DNA from: Cyanophora paradoxa CCMP329
Lineage: Eukaryota; Plantae; Glaucophyta
Length of the DNA: 64,000 bases
Reading direction: 5' to 3'
NCBI GenBank assembly: GCA_004431415.1
Contig: QPMI01000035.1
Span: forward strand, 62,001-126,000
The translations under genes were made by a program, and so were the position numbers. The notes under the pieces were generated by a model. The model was not told where the DNA came from. It searched no databases and saw nothing but the letters and a program-made list of their open reading frames with translations. This document shows positions 58,555 to 64,000 of this stretch, in pieces (position 1 is the first letter of the stretch; each line of letters opens with the position of its first letter).

Positions 58555-58604
58555 CGATTTATATAATTGCAGTGAAAGAAAATAATTCTGCCGCTTCGCC
58601 AAGG

Positions 58605-58633
58605 GGCGCAGCCGAGCTGCTTGTCTGCGACTT
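58605..58633 (-). promoter_or_regulatory. Conserved intergenic motif AAGTCGCAGACAAGC..GCTCGGCTGCGCC (copy upstream of MCP)
   Basis: Reverse complement matches copies at 60612-60644 and, more degenerate, 60560-60598. Confidence 0.55.
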
Positions 58634-58656
58634 CGCTTGCGTGCCGCGAGCTTAGC

Positions 58657-59613
58657 TCAGTTTGACGAATTGATCCAAGGATATGTCTTTGACCTTTTCT
58701 GGAGCTGAAGTTTTGCAAGTTCGTAAACAACATCACCATTGGGTTCGTCAGGACCATAACGAATTTCGAGAATAAATGACACAGGAGCTCCATTTAAATC
58801 AGCGATTCGCTGCATAAAATCGTATATCTCAATAGTCACAGAGTACAGGTCCAGCTTTGAATAAACATACTTATACAAAGGAGTTGCTTCAGTTGAATCA
58901 TAGTAGGCTGTTTCGCCTGGACGGAGGGCGCTGGGAATGCTGAGCTTTGAGAAAAAGCCAGGAATTGAAGTATTGGGCATACTGACAAGGTCACCAATTT
59001 CAGGAATGCGAAGTAGCACATGATCATCGGGAGTGACATCGGGTTCATAAGCGCCTTCTATATATTGAATATCGACAGTTAAAGCCTTAGACCGAATCGG
59101 TAGAATTGATCGCAAGCCTAGCAGCTTTGCAGTTCGCTGAGCCCTAGCAACAGCCTGGTAGTTTCTGATTTCCCGCCCACCCAGGTTCGGTGCCAACATC
59201 AGAGCAATAAAGAACTCGAAGCTAGCTGTGAACCCTATTGATTTAACTGCTGAATTATACGTGCACGTGATACCAGTCCCCGTCAACCTTTCGTTTATCT
59301 TTGTCACAAGCGAGGTGACGTCGTAATTTCCAGGTGGAATTGTAATGTTATTCCAGGCTCCAAAACCTGGCTGAGGTGGGTCTGGTCCCTCATTTGCAGG
59401 ATCATATTTGCACCAATATATATACGTGTCAAACACTAAATCCTCTGCTGGATCGAGTGCATCAACTGTGCTCATTGTGTTGGGGATCTCAGCAGATACC
59501 AGGCGCACGGCTTTTACATCCTGATAAACTTTAGGCAGTCTTACTTTAAATTTTGAGGTGGATGTCAGCTCATCCGCTTGGTGGCTTGCAATGCAGACGT
59601 AGTCCGTCGGCAT
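58657..59613 (-). CDS. Minor capsid (penton, single jelly-roll) protein 1
   Basis: N-terminal IASH...SKFKVRLPKVYQDVKAVRLVSAEIPNT, ITIPPGNY, C-terminal LYSVTIEIYD...DLNGAPVSFILEI. Confidence 0.82.
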   Translation of the reverse strand: MPTDYVCIASHQADELTSTSKFKVRLPKVYQDVKAVRLVSAEIPNTMSTVDALDPAEDLVFDTYIYWCKYDPANEGPDPPQPGFGAWNNITIPPGNYDVTSLVTKINERLTGTGITCTYNSAVKSIGFTASFEFFIALMLAPNLGGREIRNYQAVARAQRTAKLLGLRSILPIRSKALTVDIQYIEGAYEPDVTPDDHVLLRIPEIGDLVSMPNTSIPGFFSKLSIPSALRPGETAYYDSTEATPLYKYVYSKLDLYSVTIEIYDFMQRIADLNGAPVSFILEIRYGPDEPNGDVVYELAKLQLQKRSKTYPWINSSN

Positions 59614-59640
59614 CTTTTTTATATCAGTTAGAGAATAAAA

Positions 59641-60556
59641 ATGGTCGAAGACAAGCATCGACGCTGCGCCAGGCTCAGCTTTGACAGTAGAGACAGAAGG
59701 CCAATCGATTCAGAGGCAAACTTTGTGCTAGAAATAAATGAACCTATAATCAATCCAGTTGCTGTTCGACTTACCCAGTGTGAGTTCGCAAACAGCCTTT
59801 ACACGAGCATTAGAGATGAGTATCTTTCGATCACCTTCCCCAACATTTGGACGGAAAATCTGGCAGTTTTTGAGCCTGGTATAATTACTACTGCAAATAT
59901 GGGCGAAACAGATCTTTACAACTTTGGCCTATCGTTTAAGTTTGAACTGGGGGAATCGTAATAGCATATTTCAAATTGTTTCGGGACCAGAGACACTGAA
60001 GATGTCTGCCTATTGCAACCGTTCCTGCACAGTAACCTGCCAGTTCAAAGCTCTATCGAATCTGCTAGGGCTGAACCGAAATGAGCCCCTCCAGCTGTCT
60101 CCTATCGTGTTTGAAGGAGGACAAAGATCAGTAACTGCAGCTGAGCGATATCTCGAGGTTGCTGGCATTCCAGTAACACCTTCACACCCTGAATATGGCG
60201 TGGATTTCACCGAAAGAATGCGGAGTGAGCCACTTGGTTATGCTGTCGAATTTCCAAAGATAATTGACATGAACAGCGACCAGTATCTATTCCTAGTCTG
60301 TGAAGAGCTTCGACCATTTGCTTCAAAGCTTCGCCGTGGGGCCAAAACAATGTGCAACTACGGGCTTGCTCGAATTCAAATGAGTCAGGACGTTGGCAAA
60401 TTCGTTTATATAAATCAGGATCATCAAAGCGAATGGATCCCCATCGAAGAGCGTCTTGTGCTGACTTCCTTGCGACTGCGCATTGTAGACAGAGATGGTG
60501 ATGATGTATTACTGAATGGATTGCCATGGTCTGGGGAGCTCCAGTTCATCACTTAG
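59641..60556 (+). CDS. Minor capsid (penton) protein 2, with one frameshift near 59925-59960
   Basis: N-part LSFDSRDR...NFVLEINEPIINPVAVRLTQCEFANSLY (59641-59961). C-part QYLFLVCEEL...ARIQM...LTSLRLRIVDRDG..VLLNGLPWSGELQF (59924-60556). Confidence 0.75.
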
Positions 60557-60559
60557 GGA

Positions 60560-60644
60560 AAGTCGCCAGAGTTGCAGACAAGCAGCGACCGCTGCGCCAA
60601 ACTGATTTGAAAAGTCGCAGACAAGCCGCTCGCTCGGCTGCGCC
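60560..60644 (+). promoter_or_regulatory. Two copies of the same intergenic motif upstream of ORF 60687
   Basis: aagtcgccagagttgcagacaagcagcgaccgctgcgcc and aagtcgcagacaagccgctcgctcggctgcgcc. Confidence 0.55.
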
Positions 60645-60686
60645 TGGGTTGCGCCCCGTTTTATTTCTTGGCACAATATATAAAAA

Positions 60687-61019
60687 ATGTCGCAGTTGAT
60701 GCCCATAGCTCAGATTGAAAAGTACTTACCGTTGATGCGGGACAAAAAAGTATCACTTGTTGCGATTGGAGATAAGCCAAGCACACAAACAAACCTAGGT
60801 TTTCTGCAAGCTTACCGCCGATTTGGTCCTGACGGAATCAAAAAGGAGCTCGCAACCAGAAACACAACTTGGTATCAGCGAAGAGAGAATTACATTAAGA
60901 GGCGACTGGGAGGGCGTAATGGAGCACCATTTTGGGAGAAAGATAAATCTGGCAGAACTATTCCAACATGTCTTGGACTCTCTCTGATTTCCTGGGCATT
61001 CATGCCGCCGCCTAATTAA
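60687..61019 (+). CDS. Hypothetical viral protein (110 aa)
   Basis: Globular-looking ORF (VSLVA..GFLQAY..WYQRRENYIKRR..PT.L.LSLISWAF) preceded by TATATAAAAA-ATG. Confidence 0.72.
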   Translation: MSQLMPIAQIEKYLPLMRDKKVSLVAIGDKPSTQTNLGFLQAYRRFGPDGIKKELATRNTTWYQRRENYIKRRLGGRNGAPFWEKDKSGRTIPTCLGLSLISWAFMPPPN

Positions 61020-62495
61020 TGTAACGTCCCCGGAAATCAAGCCGGAATGCATTCACATTTATAAATTCGTTTGTTATAATTTGCACATAGTTATATACCT
61101 GTGGGGTGAACAAATGCGAGTCACTATGCATTAGATCGAAGCCTGCCATTGTTGGGTTCGCAGCAAGCACATTTGCTAGGACCGTATTTTCAAAAAGCCT
61201 CCCATCTTGGACATATCCTAAGTTGGTCAGAATGCTGAAATTAAATAGGACTCCGGCAGCAAATGCTGGCCCATACATAATGATTTGATGTAGCTCAAAA
61301 GGCTTGGGAAACTCGACTTTAATCCAGGGATTAGGTAAAGTGCCCCCTTGGAACCCTGTTGAGTTGGGTCGCACATGAGAAGGTGGGTGCAATTCCTCAA
61401 AGTCGTTGCTTGTAATGTTTGCATCTGGAATTATAAACCAGTTGACATCAAATGGCGGCTCAACTGTTAAAGTAGACGATATGATTAGTCTCTCATCGTT
61501 CAGTAGGTCATAGTTCGCCAGTAGAAAGCTGCAGAGTGCATTTATTTTAGCATTTATTTCGATTTGTTTCAGCCATAAATCTGTCGTGGAAATCAAATAA
61601 GAAATATTCGATGGGGAGGCATCGTCAAGCTTGCTCATGACTGCAGCTGGTAGCGGAACACTTAAACGCCAGTATCTTGTTAGATTCCTATCCGCATCAA
61701 CTGGAAGCAGTTCCTGCATTTGAAAGTGCGATTCCAGCTCGCTACCAGCCATTAGCATAGAAATGATTGGGCTGCCTGAGAGGGATAGGATCCAGCCCAG
61801 TGCGCCCCAGCCTGACGTCTCCGAATTCGAAAAGCCTGCAGTCAATTGCTCACTGGCTTGGACTTCACCACAGCTAATGCTCACAAGAACAATTGGATCT
61901 TCTGCATCGTAAATTTTACTGGCGTGGCTGAGTGCAGCAACTGAGGGATTATTCAAACAGGCAATTGCCCGTCAACAAGGTTTTTGTCCCCTAGAACCTT
62001 CGGTGGAAAGAATGTAGGCGCTGCAGAAGATGCTCTCACTGCATCACGAATCAGCGTGCTTGAATATGGCCCATCCTTCGTAAAAACTACGGGCTGCATC
62101 CGAACTGTATCAAACGCTGTTATTAATACATCTTTTGTCGATTCTGCAATTGTGTAGTCCTGGGCAACGTCTGTGAGCACCGACTCCAGAGGGTTTGCAT
62201 CATAGCGGCTGCCTGAGAGCAAGCTTGTCAGTGATCTTGGATTTGCAAATATTGTTGGCAGGTTCGTTTGATATAGACTCAAGATATCACCTGCAGAATA
62301 TCGGTAAGCGAGAACAGAGCCTGGAGTTGATGGAATAGCCAAACCGGCCGCTATTATCGCCCCTGTTGAGGTGCCTGCAAAGAAATCAAACAGCTGTGGT
62401 ATTGCTTTCCCAGTAATCGCCTCAATCCGCTGTAGAATTCGGGCAATGACTATGCCACGAGCATCTCCACCTGATAGTGAGAGAATGACCTTCAT
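61012..62495 (-). CDS. Patatin-like phospholipase with C-terminal beta-sandwich (discoidin-like) domain; single frameshift at ~61970
   Basis: ILSLSGGDARG, FDFFAGTSTG (catalytic Ser), RASSAAPTFF, LVDG. Adding one G to the G-run gives DGAIACLNNP and joins the two ORFs. C-terminal PWIKVEFPKPFELHQIIMYG...YNYVQI. Confidence 0.85.
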
Positions 62496-62519
62496 TTTTA
62501 AAAGGGGGCTTCTATAAAA

Positions 62520-64000
62520 ATGTCCTACATCTTGAAGAAGCCAGTGCCACTTCGTAGATCTCCAGATTTCGTTGATGATCGACTCATAAATATTCGCGTT
62601 TTCGGAAGCATCTTGGCAGACTTCAATGCTGATCGTGACATCCACAGGACCGAGTTTAGTCGACCAGCTGCATTAATTCTGCGGAACTCCCACGTTGGTG
62701 CCCCGGATATTGCACAGAGATTCTGTCTTGGTCCCACTGAGAACTTTGTTGCTGAAATTATTGGGTCCAGGCGTTGCCACGACACCTTCGCATTGCCTCC
62801 TCAGGCACAGTCTCCAAGTATGATTCCGGTAGATTGATATTTAGGCTACAAAATGATAGAGGGGTCCACACATCAGCTCTACGTCTAATTGATGAATCAA
62901 ATGATGTCGCAAACAAAACTGCAGCTCACATCACTGGGCGAATTCTCCTTGGCGAAGATGCTGCAATATCAGTGCTTGCATCACAAATTCAGCCGTTCCC
63001 TGGGATTTACTATATACCGATGCACGAGAAGCAAATCTTCTTTTCGGGTTTGATGTAAATCAAATCGATACCGAGCCAGCCACCAGGTTCGATATTCCTG
63101 GATGCACCTTCGGCTCTATCTTGATTGAGGCTGACAGGCACCTGCTCCCGGCATTGCATGATAGATATGACCTAGGGCTTCGCACCAGGCAGTGGAGAAA
63201 TATTCATGGAACTAATATTTATCAGGATGGTAAGAAGGTTAGCACCGAAGAGCAGGTTATCAACATTTTCAACTACTACTTCGGACCTATTGTCCTATAC
63301 CACCTCTTCCAGGGTTACCAAAGCCGCCAATCCCGGATGGACCTGGTCGAGAGCGAGTTGCTGATGAGACAGTTCCTTTCGGTCAACATATTGTCAGTTG
63401 GGAGCAAGTTCGCAATAAACCTATCTTCGAACCGAAAAAACAAATAGATGAACAGTATTTACCTCCTGAAATCGATATATTAGAGCTTGATGATTACCAA
63501 TTTGTCCCAGATGAGGAAGAGTTTTTACCTGACGGTTTCGACCCGCAAGAGTATGAGTATGATCAATACGACCCAAATGAGGAAGAGTATTTACCCGACG
63601 GTTTAGATCCACAAGAGTATGAGTATGAACAGAATTATGAACCCCATGAGGAATATTTAGCAGATGGTCTCGAGCCTCCTGCTGTTGAGTACGCGCAGCC
63701 TTATGAACACCATGAGGAATTATTGCCAGATGGTTTACAACCTGAGATTTTCGAGATGTACCTTGACTGGGAACAAATCAACAACAAACCAGCGAGATAT
63801 CCACCAGAGGATCACAACCATGACTGGGATGAGATCTTAGGTAAACCTGAGAAATATCCACCTGAAGATCACAGGCATGATTGGGGCGATATTGATGGAA
63901 TTCCACCTGAGTTTCCGCCGGAAGACCATAGGCATAATTGGGACGAAATCGATTTACAGCCTACTTTTGCATCAGCAGGTAATGTTATGAATGATGGGAT
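62520..64000 (+). CDS. Putative virion fibre/tail-like protein (three apparent -1 frameshifts; runs off window)
   Basis: Consecutive ORF pieces at 62520, 62774, 63121 and an open frame from ~63300 to the end. HLLPALHDRYDLGLRTRQWRNIH motif, acidic EE(Y/F)LPDG(L/F)DP repeats, and W..I..KP..YPPEDH.H repeats. Confidence 0.62.

Larger units (their letters stand above)
48878..64000. mobile_element. Endogenous Polinton/Maverick-like dsDNA virus (left part; continues beyond window)
   Basis: Abrupt drop in GC content and loss of introns. AGAGAGAG terminus. Encodes pPolB, rve integrase, A32 ATPase, MCP and pentons. Confidence 0.95.

Noticed and set aside
59920-63310. Programmed ribosomal frameshifting or micro-introns in viral genes
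   Set aside because: No consistent slippery heptamer or intron signature. The patatin shift is fixed by one G in a homopolymer, and host genes show similar indels.
48878-64000. Adenain-type maturation protease and right TIR/TSD
   Set aside because: Not seen in the window. The element is cut by the window edge, so absence cannot be claimed.
1-64000. rRNA, tRNA or snRNA genes
   Set aside because: No recognisable conserved RNA gene sequence by eye. A covariance-model scan was not possible.

Overview
The window has two compartments. Bases 1-~48877 are very GC-rich, intron-dense nuclear DNA of a unicellular eukaryote with short GT-AG introns and many GC-AG introns. A cyanobacterial-type Trm1 with an MAF-starting N-terminal extension suggests a primary-plastid alga such as a glaucophyte (inference only). 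Host genes, in order: Exo70 copy A (partial), a Cys/His-rich unknown, F-box/LRR, Exo70 copy B, a response regulator, Trm1, Kelch-BTB, a large hybrid histidine kinase with two receivers, an NHL-repeat protein, a TPPP/p25alpha protein, a TM-RING protein and a CCCH zinc-finger protein. A 515-bp hAT-type MITE with an 8-bp TSD is also present. From 48878 to the window end lies a lower-GC, intronless, gene-dense endogenous Polinton/Maverick-like DNA virus beginning with an (AG)n terminus. It encodes a protein-primed PolB polyprotein, a retroviral-type integrase with a DDD triad, an HNH-AP2 endonuclease, an A32-like packaging ATPase, a major capsid protein with NCLDV-like motifs, two head-to-head pentons, a patatin lipase fused to a putative discoidin-like domain, and a fibre-like gene with phage tail HxH repeats. 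The element's right end is outside the window. Gene models were assembled by eye and exon boundaries are approximate. Many single-base indels look like long-read errors.
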